The translations under genes were made by a program, and so were the position numbers. DNA of 55,245 nucleotides, taken from positions 1 through 55,245 of the IMG/VR virus record IMGVR_UViG_3300017653_000203. One strand, given 5' to 3'. Source of the DNA: a virus (lineage: Duplodnaviria; Caudoviricetes). The number at the start of each line of letters is the position of its first letter. Within the stretch, counting starts at the first letter, position 1. This document shows, piece by piece, positions 1 to 9,234 of the stretch. The notes below the pieces were generated by a model. It saw only the letters and a list, made by a program, of their open reading frames with translations. It was not told the origin of the DNA and searched no databases.

Positions 1-53
1 TCGAAGCCGCTACGGGCGTAATCGATCAGATACACGCGGCTCACTCGGAACGG

Positions 54-257
54 GTGACGGAGCTGCGTGCGGAAGTCAAACGGCTGCGGACGAATATTAA
101 CGAGCTGCAGACGTACGCCAACGGGCAGGCCGCGGCACGTTACCGGAAGGCTAGCGAAGAGAATCCGTTAATGGCGCTGTACTATCGAGGCATGGCGCTC
201 ACGTACGAAGATATGGAGCGGCGGTCGATCGTCGCTTACGCGAAGGAGGCGGAATAA
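54..257 (+). CDS. Hypothetical phage protein (may begin upstream of the window)
   Basis: ORF whose 3' end carries the AAGGAGG RBS of the next gene. Confidence 0.5.
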   Translation: MTELRAEVKRLRTNINELQTYANGQAAARYRKASEENPLMALYYRGMALTYEDMERRSIVAYAKEAE

Positions 258-368
258 ATGATCGTATATACAGTCGAGTTAATTCGGAGGAAACGCATCG
301 TTTGGGCGTACGAAGGGTTAACGCGTTGGAAACACGTAGAGGAGGCGATAGTGTATGACGAAAACTGA
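258..368 (+). CDS. Small hypothetical protein, 36 aa (not in ORF track)
   Basis: AAGGAGG then ATG at 258, directly after the upstream TAA; MIVYTVELIRRKRIVWAYEG... Confidence 0.5.
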   Translation: MIVYTVELIRRKRIVWAYEGLTRWKHVEEAIVYDEN

Positions 369-771
369 CGAGATCAATACGCCGGCTCGCGATTGGGCGG
401 CGGATCGAGCGGTATGTGACGCGGCTACGGCGGGGCCTTGGAAATACGATAAGACTACGCACGAGTTCGATGAGATTGAAGCGAAGTCCGGGGAGACGGT
501 TATGTATATCGCTAATTATATCGAAGAGGACGCGGTCTTTGCGTCTGAAGCCCGTACCGGATGGCCGGCGGCATTGGATCATATTCAGACGCAGGCTGTC
601 GAGATTGAACGACTCCGTACAGAAAATCAACGCTATAGGCAGGCGCTTGTATTTTACGCAGATGAACGGAATTATAGGGACGTTGAATCTGCGGCGTACT
701 CTGACGTTTCTCTCGACGAAGGGTATACGGCAAAGGAGGCGTTAGATTATGGCGAAAGCAGCGGCAACTAA
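355..771 (+). CDS. Ead/Ea22-like phage protein
   Basis: AATAGPW...DAVFASEARTGWPAALD...EIERLR pattern; GGAGG RBS. Confidence 0.6.
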   Translation: MTKTDEINTPARDWAADRAVCDAATAGPWKYDKTTHEFDEIEAKSGETVMYIANYIEEDAVFASEARTGWPAALDHIQTQAVEIERLRTENQRYRQALVFYADERNYRDVESAAYSDVSLDEGYTAKEALDYGESSGN

Positions 772-1183
772 ACGGAAGCAGCCGACGAAAGTCCGCATAA
801 CAGCGGAACAGCGCCGCGATTGGCGGGCGTTGTCTTACGAACACTGGAACGTGCGGACGCTACACGCTTATTTCGCGGACATGAATGCGGAGTATTTCGG
901 AGTGGCCGAATATTATCCGATGCGGAATTGGGCGTTCGAACAAGGCGTACTTAAGCGGGCGCTCGCGGAATACGGAGCGGAGATGCTTCGGGCGGCGTTC
1001 GACGAGTGTTTTCGGGGCTATCGCCCTACGCCGTCATTTCCGATCCTAACCGCAGGCTTTGCGGTCAGCTACCGGCTTAATGCGATCATGCCGCGGCTGC
1101 TAGCGGAAAAGGCGGAGAATGATCGTAGGGAGACGGAGATGGCGGCGGCCGAGACGGCAGAAATCGGAGGGGTCGCGTGGTGA
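749..1183 (+). CDS. Hypothetical phage protein
   Basis: AAGGAGG RBS, overlaps upstream gene, 144 aa. Confidence 0.7.
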   Translation: MAKAAATKRKQPTKVRITAEQRRDWRALSYEHWNVRTLHAYFADMNAEYFGVAEYYPMRNWAFEQGVLKRALAEYGAEMLRAAFDECFRGYRPTPSFPILTAGFAVSYRLNAIMPRLLAEKAENDRRETEMAAAETAEIGGVAW

Positions 1184-1242
1184 CTAGCGGCTAGCGTGTG
1201 ATTTCGGACAATTTCTGTATAACATTAATAGGAGGCGATCGT

Positions 1243-2139
1243 ATGGGTTCGAAAATTCTCGTAATGGAAAAGTCCGGTATGTCTTACGTAAAGTTAACGG
1301 AGTACAGAAAAGTTTACGGACAGTACGTTATTAACGGCGAGGAAGCGAAGGCGGCGCCAGGCGACGAGCGATATGCGATAGTAAACGGAAAAGTCGAGAG
1401 AATCGAAGTAAAGCGGAAGCCGCAGCCGAAGTTAATCGGATATAAGTTGTATGAACGGTATCACGAAATAACGCAACTCCCGCACGATATGCCGGCTGAC
1501 GCTTTTTACCGCGACGAAGATGGCGACCTTTGCGGTGAAAATGCGGAGTTCTATCGGCCGGTGTATGACGAGCCGCAGCCGTACCTTGAGCCGGTCGAAT
1601 TCGAAGTAATTGACCGCGACTGCGAACCGGTTAAAATCCCATCATATGTCGTAATCGAGTTTCCGAATAATATCGCGCAGTTTCCGGAAACGCAGCATAA
1701 ATATCCGTGCTTCATCCGGTCGGAGGACGTTTTCAACCTGCTGTATGATCGAGTGAAGGCGCACGCGGCGACCTCTGACGGAAAGTATGTGACGGACGAT
1801 TACCGAAATATTCAAGCTCTCCGCGTCGAGGAACGGATCGAGATACCGTACCATGAAACGAAAACAACTTCGCATTACCCGACGGCGCGGTCGCGTAAAC
1901 CGAAAACATATACGGTACAAGTCCGCTGGAAGAACGTTAAAGTTTTCGAAATTTACGGACCGAAATATTCCGTCAACTCTACGAATAATCTACCGCGTAC
2001 AGGACCGATTCGCGGCACCAACTACGCGGAGCTGCAGGCGAACCTAGAAACGTACATTCAATCGTTCTTATCGCAAATGACGGAAGGTAAGCGGAAAGTT
2101 TGCGAGTGTTGCCGAGGGGAGGGCGTTATAGCGGTATGA
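1243..2139 (+). CDS. Hypothetical protein with C-terminal Cys motif (CECCRGEG)
   Basis: GGAGG at 1231-1235 favours ATG 1243 over the ORF-track start. Confidence 0.75.
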   Translation: MGSKILVMEKSGMSYVKLTEYRKVYGQYVINGEEAKAAPGDERYAIVNGKVERIEVKRKPQPKLIGYKLYERYHEITQLPHDMPADAFYRDEDGDLCGENAEFYRPVYDEPQPYLEPVEFEVIDRDCEPVKIPSYVVIEFPNNIAQFPETQHKYPCFIRSEDVFNLLYDRVKAHAATSDGKYVTDDYRNIQALRVEERIEIPYHETKTTSHYPTARSRKPKTYTVQVRWKNVKVFEIYGPKYSVNSTNNLPRTGPIRGTNYAELQANLETYIQSFLSQMTEGKRKVCECCRGEGVIAV

Positions 2140-2318
2140 CACTACTTGACGCAATCCGCGCGGCAGAAAACGGAGCTGTCATCGTCTCTAACGCTGGCGC
2201 CACGTACACAGCTGCGGACTTATCGCCGATAACGTGGATCGGCCCGTTTGCGGTGAGTTACCGGACATGTATTCCGGAAAATGAACGAAAGGGAGCGTGG
2301 CGAATTGCCGAAGCTTAA
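2136..2318 (+). CDS. Hypothetical protein
   Basis: ATGA overlap with upstream stop; GGAGG upstream. Confidence 0.6.
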   Translation: MTLLDAIRAAENGAVIVSNAGATYTAADLSPITWIGPFAVSYRTCIPENERKGAWRIAEA

Positions 2319-2499
2319 GCGGAGTGAATACGAACAATGCCGGCGGATGCTCGACGGGCAGGGGATGGCGTTGTGGGAACGTTTTGCCAGCGGTCAGCTT
2401 GGCGAAGGGCGGTATGCGCTCCTTGACGATAAGCTGGCGGAGTGGGAAGCGGAGTTAGAGCGGAAGCGGCCGCTACTTTCGCGGAGGAAAGTCGGGTAA
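2305..2499 (+). CDS. Hypothetical protein
   Basis: AAGGGAG RBS, TTG start at 2305. Confidence 0.55.
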   Translation: MPKLKRSEYEQCRRMLDGQGMALWERFASGQLGEGRYALLDDKLAEWEAELERKRPLLSRRKVG

Positions 2500-2505
2500 T
2501 TATAT

Positions 2506-2549
2506 AAAAAAAAAACGCAAGACGAAGCCCTCCGCCTAGTCTTGCGTTT
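2506..2549 (-). terminator. Intrinsic terminator between convergent genes (probably bidirectional)
   Basis: AAACGCAAGAC...GTCTTGCGTTT inverted repeat next to a long A-run (U-tract on - strand). Confidence 0.75.
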
Positions 2550-2557
2550 CCGGTAAC

Positions 2558-3619
2558 TTATTTGAACTTCTCGACTATTGAAATTATTTCGTCTTTGTAA
2601 TTAATTATGTCCGAAACCTGATTAATCGGATGTGTCGTTCTGCTTTCGTTATTTAACATTAGCGATTTGTTTGTGCCGTTCAAGTAAAGACGACATACCC
2701 ATTTTCGAATGTTATCATCAATCAAAATGTTGAAATAGCTCTTGTTGTCTCTATAGTATAGTCTACTAGGGTCAATTGCATCCTTCATTAGCACTTTTAC
2801 TGTGATGTAACCTTCAATTTCTTCCTCTGTAGTGACAATTTCGGGATCATCGACGTCGGCAGAGGTAGCCGCGACTTCATCGACAAGAGCAGGAGGTTCG
2901 CTGTTAGTATTCTCCAAAGCACTTTTTAGTTTATCGTTTAAGAAGTCATTCATAAACTGCTTAAGTGCCTTTTGAACAATACCGCTAAAACGTTCCATAA
3001 CAACTTTAGTTTTTACGCCTGTGTATGCATCGGAGATGACAAGTTTAATAAACTCTTCCGATGGGGTCTCCCACTGTCTCTTTAAGTATTGTTTTATCTC
3101 ATTTGTGTATTTTAACTCTGAGGCAGTGTTAATGATATGTTCGACATTAAAGTTCGACTTCGTAAATTTCTGCAACTCTGTCCACTGGTGATCTCTTATG
3201 TCAAAGATATTGAGCTCAAAGAACGGTAATGTATCCATTTTATTCTGTTCGTCTAGGTCGGTATAAAACCTATAAATTATTCCGTTTGTCAGTATGGCAA
3301 ATTTGGATGGAGTCGTGCCAAAATACCTGAACAACTGGGAATCATGTCTCTCTAACTTTTCTTGAATGGACTTTGCCTCAATTAAGATAATCGGCCTTCC
3401 ATCTTGGAGTATTGCGTAATCTACTTTTTCGCCTCTTTTGATACCTACATCAGCGGTAAATTCAGGCAAAAACTCTTCTGGGTTAAAAACGTCATAACCA
3501 AGAGCTTGAAAAAAGGGCATTATAACGGATGTTTTCGTTGCTTCTTCGGTAGTAATACTATCTTTCATTTTCTGCAGGCGCTTTGCCAGGTTTCTTACAG
3601 GTTCTTTGAAATTGTCCAT
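2558..3619 (-). CDS. Stand-alone type I restriction enzyme R subunit N-terminal (HSDR_N-like) PD-(D/E)XK nuclease-domain protein
   Basis: EEATK...PFFQALGY...PEFTADVG...EKVDYAI...IEAK...QLFRYF...ILTNG motifs; AT-rich relative to flanks. Confidence 0.85.
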   Translation of the reverse strand: MDNFKEPVRNLAKRLQKMKDSITTEEATKTSVIMPFFQALGYDVFNPEEFLPEFTADVGIKRGEKVDYAILQDGRPIILIEAKSIQEKLERHDSQLFRYFGTTPSKFAILTNGIIYRFYTDLDEQNKMDTLPFFELNIFDIRDHQWTELQKFTKSNFNVEHIINTASELKYTNEIKQYLKRQWETPSEEFIKLVISDAYTGVKTKVVMERFSGIVQKALKQFMNDFLNDKLKSALENTNSEPPALVDEVAATSADVDDPEIVTTEEEIEGYITVKVLMKDAIDPSRLYYRDNKSYFNILIDDNIRKWVCRLYLNGTNKSLMLNNESRTTHPINQVSDIINYKDEIISIVEKFK

Positions 3620-3715
3620 GTAGAGTCACCCCAGGATTCCTATTATAGTAAACTACAAAATCTAGTACTATTATACTGAATTTCCTAGGTTTAGTATACA
3701 GACGAAGTGAATTTA

Positions 3716-3925
3716 CTAATAAGGAACAAACTCTACTACGTCTTCGATCCGGCATTCTAAATACTCACAGACCGTACGAAGCGTTCCGACTGATACGTCA
3801 ATGTCGTTATAGAGACGGCTTATAGTATTTTTGTTTATGCCAGTAGCCTGCTCTAATTCTTTACGTGAGATTCCAAGATCGGCCATTTTTACGCGGAATG
3901 GGCGGTAGCTTAATTTTAAAGCCAT
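3716..3925 (-). CDS. XRE/Cro-C1 family HTH repressor
   Basis: ISRKELEQATGINKNTISRL...TLRTVCEYLECRIEDVVEF; divergent from the rightward promoter. Confidence 0.9.
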   Translation of the reverse strand: MALKLSYRPFRVKMADLGISRKELEQATGINKNTISRLYNDIDVSVGTLRTVCEYLECRIEDVVEFVPY

Positions 3926-3990
3926 ACTTTACACCTTCTTAGTGGGGGGATACTAACGATAATAGCATAATTCCGAGTTTAATAAACTAA

Positions 3991-4010
3991 TTTCCTAATA
4001 TATTAGGAAA
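3991..4010. promoter_or_regulatory. Operator palindrome
   Basis: Perfect 20-bp palindrome TTTCCTAATATATTAGGAAA. Confidence 0.75.
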
Positions 4011-4015
4011 AAGTA

Positions 4016-4044
4016 TTGACGTCCTAGTAAATTAGGATTAATAT
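4016..4044 (+). promoter_or_regulatory. SigA-type promoter with a second operator between -35 and -10
   Basis: TTGACG-17 nt-TAATAT; TCCTAGTAAATTAGGA at 4022-4037 matches the TCCTA-N6-TAGGA core. Confidence 0.75.
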
Positions 4045-4050
4045 AGGTCA

Positions 4051-4386
4051 TAGCAATCATTACCAACTAACGAATCACCCGATATACCCCGCAATACCCG
4101 CCTCGCCTCGCAGTACATACGCGAACGCAACGTCCGATCCCGCAGGCATCCCCAGCGCCACGCGCAACTGCCTATATCGGAACAGTTCGCACCACGCAAC
4201 AGCCGGCCTAACGGCTACCGCGCAATAACCTCCGCAAAGTTAACGAAATTCTGACGTATCCCCTACGCAGGATTATCGAAAAGAAACGAGCATCCTCTAC
4301 GCTTGTTTCGAAACTGGCGCGAGGCTATTCGGCTTTGCGTCGGAGTAACGAAAATATGCCGGCGGGCTTACGTAAGGGAGGCGGAA
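4051..4386 (+). ncRNA. Candidate structured leader RNA or sRNA with ten CGCA motifs
   Basis: About 335 nt between promoter and first RBS; CCGATATA/TATATCGG stem; hairpins with G-U pairs on + strand. Confidence 0.5.
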
Positions 4387-4611
4387 ATGGGAATGGCGAA
4401 AACAATGAAAGAAGCAGGTATCACGAGACAAATGGTTATTGATCACATTATTGTTGACATTCAAGCAAGATTTAATATCAGTAAGTCGACGGCAACGGAA
4501 TACTTTAATGAATCTCTTGCCTATAACGTGGTAACAGAAGGTATTTTCGATCAGATAGCATACATGATCGAAACAGGCAGCAGATTGGACTGGTCAGGGG
4601 TCGAGGGATAA
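4387..4611 (+). CDS. Hypothetical protein
   Basis: GGGAGG RBS before ATG 4387 or 4393. Confidence 0.7.
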   Translation: MGMAKTMKEAGITRQMVIDHIIVDIQARFNISKSTATEYFNESLAYNVVTEGIFDQIAYMIETGSRLDWSGVEG

Positions 4612-4652
4612 ATAACACAGGCCCTACGAGGCTAATCGAAGGAGATGACGGA

Positions 4653-5045
4653 ATGAACAAGTTTGAATACGGTACGCTTGTGCGAGTAGTCGGGGATTCA
4701 CCGAGGTATCACGGTCACGAAGGTGTAGTGAAAGGGGTATCGTCTGCGGAAGGGCATGTGCGCGTTAGGTTTCCGGAGTTCGGACGTAACGGGCATACCG
4801 TAGAAATGAGATCCGAATATTTAGCGGCAATTGAACCGGAGAAACAAGAGGCAACCGAGCTATTCGCAACTATCAACTATAGCGAACACTCTCTGCTTGG
4901 CTCGCATTGGGTATGCCGACTGTCGGAGCCCGGCGGTTATGTGTGGCACGGACAAGTCGCGCATACGGATTTTACGCCGAACTTGTCGCGAGATTCGTTC
5001 GTTGAAAAATGCCGAGAGTTCTTCGGCGAGATTACGGTTAGGTAG
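4653..5045 (+). CDS. Hypothetical protein with N-terminal KOW/SH3-like module
   Basis: FEYGTLVRVVG...HGHEGVVKGV...VRVRF; AAGGAG RBS. Confidence 0.65.
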   Translation: MNKFEYGTLVRVVGDSPRYHGHEGVVKGVSSAEGHVRVRFPEFGRNGHTVEMRSEYLAAIEPEKQEATELFATINYSEHSLLGSHWVCRLSEPGGYVWHGQVAHTDFTPNLSRDSFVEKCREFFGEITVR

Positions 5046-5048
5046 GAG

Positions 5049-5246
5049 TTGACGAAAATGAACGTTGAAGCAACGTTATCCGCACGACTCGAAATCGGCC
5101 GTCACCTTGCGTACGTTAAACGGAACGGCCTGGCGGATCAGATTGGCGGCTTTACGGAATGGGCGGCGCTCTGCGGATACAGTCGGCAACAAGCGGACAG
5201 GCTCGTACGGTTGGCGGAATTAGCCGAAGGGCGGCCGGCGGTATGA
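5049..5246 (+). CDS. Hypothetical protein (DUF3102-like helical)
   Basis: LEIGRHLAYVK...GGFTEWA...GYSRQQADRLVRLA. Confidence 0.55.
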   Translation: MTKMNVEATLSARLEIGRHLAYVKRNGLADQIGGFTEWAALCGYSRQQADRLVRLAELAEGRPAV

Positions 5247-5425
5247 GTGCGAAGTCGCTAACCGACCGCGTCCGCTACTATCTGCGAAAATGCAACGATT
5301 ACGGCCGACGCAGAATGACCGGTAACCGCACGCCGGCGAACCGTTATCAACGGTTGCTCGTTTACCGCGACGAAATACGAAGGAGGGCGAAAAATGATCG
5401 GACAAGTCGGAAAGACCGTTATTAA
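5243..5425 (+). CDS. Small basic hypothetical protein
   Basis: ATGA overlap at 5243. Confidence 0.5.
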   Translation: MSAKSLTDRVRYYLRKCNDYGRRRMTGNRTPANRYQRLLVYRDEIRRRAKNDRTSRKDRY

Positions 5426-5555
5426 TTACGCTGGCGCCCCGCACCGGATGCTGCTCGAACTGGCGGATATCGCCGAGTTATCCGGCAACGACAGGCTCCG
5501 CCGCATGTGGCAGGCGAACTATTTACGGATGACTGACGAAAGGAGGACGCGATAA
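5394..5555 (+). CDS. Hypothetical protein, 53 aa (not in ORF track)
   Basis: AAGGAGG RBS, ATG 5394, stop abuts next ATG. Confidence 0.6.
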   Translation: MIGQVGKTVINYAGAPHRMLLELADIAELSGNDRLRRMWQANYLRMTDERRTR

Positions 5556-5759
5556 ATGCGTGGGTATAATTACGGAGTACGTGTTGGGAAGCCGCTTGCT
5601 CCTCGAACATTTGCGGTTTATATCGTAAATGAATTAGTCGAGTTGATTTACGCCAGTTCACGCGAGTCGGCGAACAGGTGGGCGCAAAATAAATACGGCA
5701 ACGAGGCGTATATCATGGAAAATGCGCAGGCTCTCGATGTAACTTACGAAGGATACTGA
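5556..5759 (+). CDS. Hypothetical protein
   Basis: AAGGAGG RBS. Confidence 0.65.
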   Translation: MRGYNYGVRVGKPLAPRTFAVYIVNELVELIYASSRESANRWAQNKYGNEAYIMENAQALDVTYEGY

Positions 5760-5768
5760 GGTGATAGA

Positions 5769-6134
5769 ATGAACCGCGAAGAAATCATAGCGAAATGGGA
5801 CGGAATGACCGCGCGTGAACGAGACGCTTGGGTGGCGGAGGTTGTTACGAAGGTACCGCGTGAGAGGCGTAGAATAAACTGTCCTGACGGTGACCGAGGC
5901 TGTGCCGTTATACATTTCGCGTATTATCCGAATTACTCAACGGACACTTCCGCGGCGTGGACGGTTGTTGAAGCAGCGGAATGGTCAGCGCTAATCAATT
6001 ACACACCGACACTTACACGTGCGAATTTTCATCGTAATGGGTGGGCGCAGTATGACGTCTATGCTACGAAAGCGCCCGAAGCAATCTGCCTCGCCGCACT
6101 ACTAGCAAAGCTCACGGAGGTGATCGCTAATTGA
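5769..6134 (+). CDS. Phage ABA-sandwich domain protein
   Basis: ERDAWVAE...PNYSTDTSAAWTVVE...APEAICLAALLA pattern. Confidence 0.7.
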   Translation: MNREEIIAKWDGMTARERDAWVAEVVTKVPRERRRINCPDGDRGCAVIHFAYYPNYSTDTSAAWTVVEAAEWSALINYTPTLTRANFHRNGWAQYDVYATKAPEAICLAALLAKLTEVIAN

Positions 6135-6910
6135 CGCAAGTATCATTTTCGACGCACTCGCAACACTGTAATCTCCGCTCAATCTGTTCGTTAGCCGACG
6201 ATACGACCGCTTGCAACCGTCTATGCTCGTCATACATCGCGATCCACGGACTAAACGGCGACGGCGGTCGGACGGCTGCGGCGAACATTCCGGACGGCTA
6301 TCGATTAGTTACGCTCGCCAATTCGGCAGCGGCCGCGGATCAATCGGCAATATACGGAGAGCTGGCGAAATACGCCGCGACGTTCAGCCGGCAATTTGAC
6401 CCGGACGAAACGCAAATTAAATCGCTATACCTGTATTCAGCGGAACCAGGCACGGGCAAGACGACGACGGCCGCGGCGTTACTCAACGAATACTTAGCGG
6501 TGCATTACGTCGGCTCACTCCGACGAGGACTGCAGCCAAACGCGCGGCCAGCGTATTTTCTCGACGTGAACGCGTGGCAGACGGATTTTAACGCATTCAA
6601 CCGGCCGCGGGTACCCGAATCAATCGCCGCGCCCGCCGCCGAAAGGTATTACCGCAGTCAATCCGCAGCGACCAGCGCAGGCTTCCTCGTAATGGACGAT
6701 ATAGGCGTACGCGACGCATCTGAAGCGTTTCGAGCCGACTTACACACGTTGATCAATTCTCGGGTGGCAGCGGGATTGCCGACCGTGTATACGTCAAATA
6801 TTCCGATGGCCGAGCTTGCTACGCTGTTTGACCGGCGGCTCGCGGACCGCGTGCGGGACATGTGCGCCGAGTTTACGTTCAAAGGCGTGAGTAAACGTGG
6901 ATTAAGATAG
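6131..6910 (+). CDS. DnaC/IstB-like AAA+ helicase loader
   Basis: Walker A PGTGKTT, Walker B LVMDDIG, TVYTSN, RLADRV; N-terminal Cys/His cluster. Confidence 0.88.
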   Translation: MTQVSFSTHSQHCNLRSICSLADDTTACNRLCSSYIAIHGLNGDGGRTAAANIPDGYRLVTLANSAAAADQSAIYGELAKYAATFSRQFDPDETQIKSLYLYSAEPGTGKTTTAAALLNEYLAVHYVGSLRRGLQPNARPAYFLDVNAWQTDFNAFNRPRVPESIAAPAAERYYRSQSAATSAGFLVMDDIGVRDASEAFRADLHTLINSRVAAGLPTVYTSNIPMAELATLFDRRLADRVRDMCAEFTFKGVSKRGLR

Positions 6911-7319
6911 TGCGATAAACTGAGAAAAACGGAGTATTCACGAGATTGGGCTTTTTGAACGATGAAATCTTCACTTTTTAAATCGTTTCTAATCGTAACG
7001 TATCGTGACTGAAAACGAAAATCGCACAAAAAACCTTATCTAAACGTATCTAATCGTATTCTCGTGGCGGCGACAGATTCGAACGGTAAATTTTCGAAAA
7101 CGGCTGAATATGACGTTTGAGCATTTTTACCATTCGAAGTATATTACGGTGAGGAGATACGAGAAAAGTAAAACGAAGAAAACGGGAGTAAACGAGCGGG
7201 AAATAAAAGTATTTCCCTTTTATATTATAGAAACGAAACTCTCGGAAATGGCCGAATTTGGCGTTTGTCCAATATTATCCACGTTAGTATACTCATTACA
7301 TCGAAGGAGGCAGCGAAAA

Positions 7320-8684
7320 GTGAGCGTAACAGAACCGCTATTATCGAAAATTATTGACGCAAACGACGTCGGCGCACTCGACCGTTTCGGTATCACGCGC
7401 GGCATGTTCGAAACGCCGACGGAACAGGCAGCTTTCGATTTTATACGTAAGTATGCCGAACAGAACGGACAGGCTCCGTCATATGCAACGCTGGTCGGTA
7501 ACGTGCCGGACTTTACGTATATACCGGCGGTCACGGACACGTACGAGTATCTTACGGGCAAGCTAAAAGAGACGTACGGCATGCGACAAATTGCGGACTT
7601 TTTCGGCAGCGGCGAGCTAAACGAGATGTTCAACGCGATAGGCAGGACGTCGAACATTGACGAATTTTATTCTTCATTGACGGAAAAGCTCCGAGAGATT
7701 AAACTTAAAATACGAACGGATGTTCGTGAAATTGGAATGGATTTAGCGAACAGCGGCGACCGGTTTATCTCCGAATACGAAGCGCGGGCGGCCGGTAAAT
7801 CGCACCGTATATGGCGGTCGAAGTTCCCAGGCGTAAACAATGCGCTCGGCGGCGGTTACTATTCGTCGAACACCTACGTTTTCTTCGCGCGATCCGGCCG
7901 CGGTAAATCTATCATTACGATGGAGGAAGCGATAGAGTTCGCGTTCCAAGGCGCGACGGTCCTCGTATGGGCGCTCGAAATGGGCTGGTTCGAATGGATG
8001 GCGCGGGCATTCTCGTCGATATCGGCGCGGCTCGGACTGGCGAACGCCACGATTGACGGTATCGATTACGATGCTGGCTTCGATAACCGCGCGCTGCAGT
8101 CCGCGAAATTACCGCCGGAATACGAACAAGCTTTCCGGAAATTTATCGGTGAGCTCAACGAAATATTGCCGGGAAAGATTATTCTCCGGGCGACCGACGA
8201 TGAACACTTTTCCGAACGGAATCTCGCGGCACTGCGGGCTGACATTCTCGAAACGGGCGCCGACGTTGCGGTAATCGATCCGTTCTATTATCTCGACTAC
8301 GAAAAGAACACGTCGAAAACGGCCGGCGGCGACGCGGCGGCAACTTCGCGGAAACTCCGGATATTGACCGGCTCGCTCGGTTGCTTGACGCTGGCGATTA
8401 CGCAGGCCGACGAAGATGCGAGCGAGAAAGACGACGAAGGAGTTCGTGAGCTGAAACCGCCAAAACGGGCCGGAGTGTCGAAAACGAAGCAACTACTTCA
8501 AGACGGTGCGGCGTTAATCGGACTCGATACGTTGGCTCACGAAGGGCGCGGCGTTATCGAAATCGGGAAAGGACGCAGCGGCGGCGAGGACACACGGATC
8601 GAAATCGTGTATCTGCCTAACTACGGGATTGTGCGCGAGCCGGTGGCGGAGGATACGGCGGGGAAATTCGTAGGGAATTTTTAA
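7320..8684 (+). CDS. DnaB-like replicative helicase
   Basis: ARSGRGKS, ALEM, VIDPFY, ITQ, KGRSG motifs; AAGGAGG supports GTG 7320. Confidence 0.92.
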   Translation: MSVTEPLLSKIIDANDVGALDRFGITRGMFETPTEQAAFDFIRKYAEQNGQAPSYATLVGNVPDFTYIPAVTDTYEYLTGKLKETYGMRQIADFFGSGELNEMFNAIGRTSNIDEFYSSLTEKLREIKLKIRTDVREIGMDLANSGDRFISEYEARAAGKSHRIWRSKFPGVNNALGGGYYSSNTYVFFARSGRGKSIITMEEAIEFAFQGATVLVWALEMGWFEWMARAFSSISARLGLANATIDGIDYDAGFDNRALQSAKLPPEYEQAFRKFIGELNEILPGKIILRATDDEHFSERNLAALRADILETGADVAVIDPFYYLDYEKNTSKTAGGDAAATSRKLRILTGSLGCLTLAITQADEDASEKDDEGVRELKPPKRAGVSKTKQLLQDGAALIGLDTLAHEGRGVIEIGKGRSGGEDTRIEIVYLPNYGIVREPVAEDTAGKFVGNF

Positions 8685-8763
8685 AATGAATGAAGCGGTG
8701 ACTTGTAAGTTGATTATAATATAAAGCATATATAAATAATAAAATGATATTAACATAAACATA

Positions 8764-8793
8764 TTGCAATATTACTCATGTGTGTGTTAATAT
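8764..8793 (+). promoter_or_regulatory. SigA-type promoter (extended -10) in an AT-rich gap
   Basis: TTGCAA-18 nt-TAATAT with TGn. Confidence 0.5.
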
Positions 8794-8817
8794 TCAGTCA
8801 TAGCGAGGTGGATAAAT

Positions 8818-9234
8818 GTGTCAAACGTAAATGAGTACTTAACGAAGAAAGCAAATGAGATTCTAGAGAACAAGAAGAGAAGTCGCGGCTCAGAAAAACG
8901 ACTAACAATTATTTTAAGTGAGTATGATTACCGACGTCTTAAGTTTATCTCAGACATTTTGAGCGAGCCCGTGAGTGCTTTTGCAAGAAACTTAATAGCG
9001 CAAGCGTTAAGCGATGCGGAAAAAGTACTTAAACTACAGGAGACTGAGGACGAACCTTCTGACTTTGATCCGGAAATTGGGCCATTGTACGAGTACACGA
9101 AGTATGGAGCGTTTATTAATTCCACAGGCAATATCGACGGGGACGATGAAGACACAGATGGAAACATAAGTAGCGACGCTCACGGGTCTGAACAAAAGCG
9201 TAGTACGAGAAGGCCAAGACCACCGCAAAGGTAG
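8818..9234 (+). CDS. Putative ribbon-helix-helix DNA-binding protein with acidic tail
   Basis: RLTIILSEYDYRRLKFISD...PVSAFARNLIAQAL; GAGGTG RBS. Confidence 0.55.
   Translation: MSNVNEYLTKKANEILENKKRSRGSEKRLTIILSEYDYRRLKFISDILSEPVSAFARNLIAQALSDAEKVLKLQETEDEPSDFDPEIGPLYEYTKYGAFINSTGNIDGDDEDTDGNISSDAHGSEQKRSTRRPRPPQR

Noticed and set aside
7110-7319. 70-aa N-terminal extension of the helicase in the ORF track
   Set aside because: No RBS at 7110, whereas AAGGAGG precedes GTG 7320
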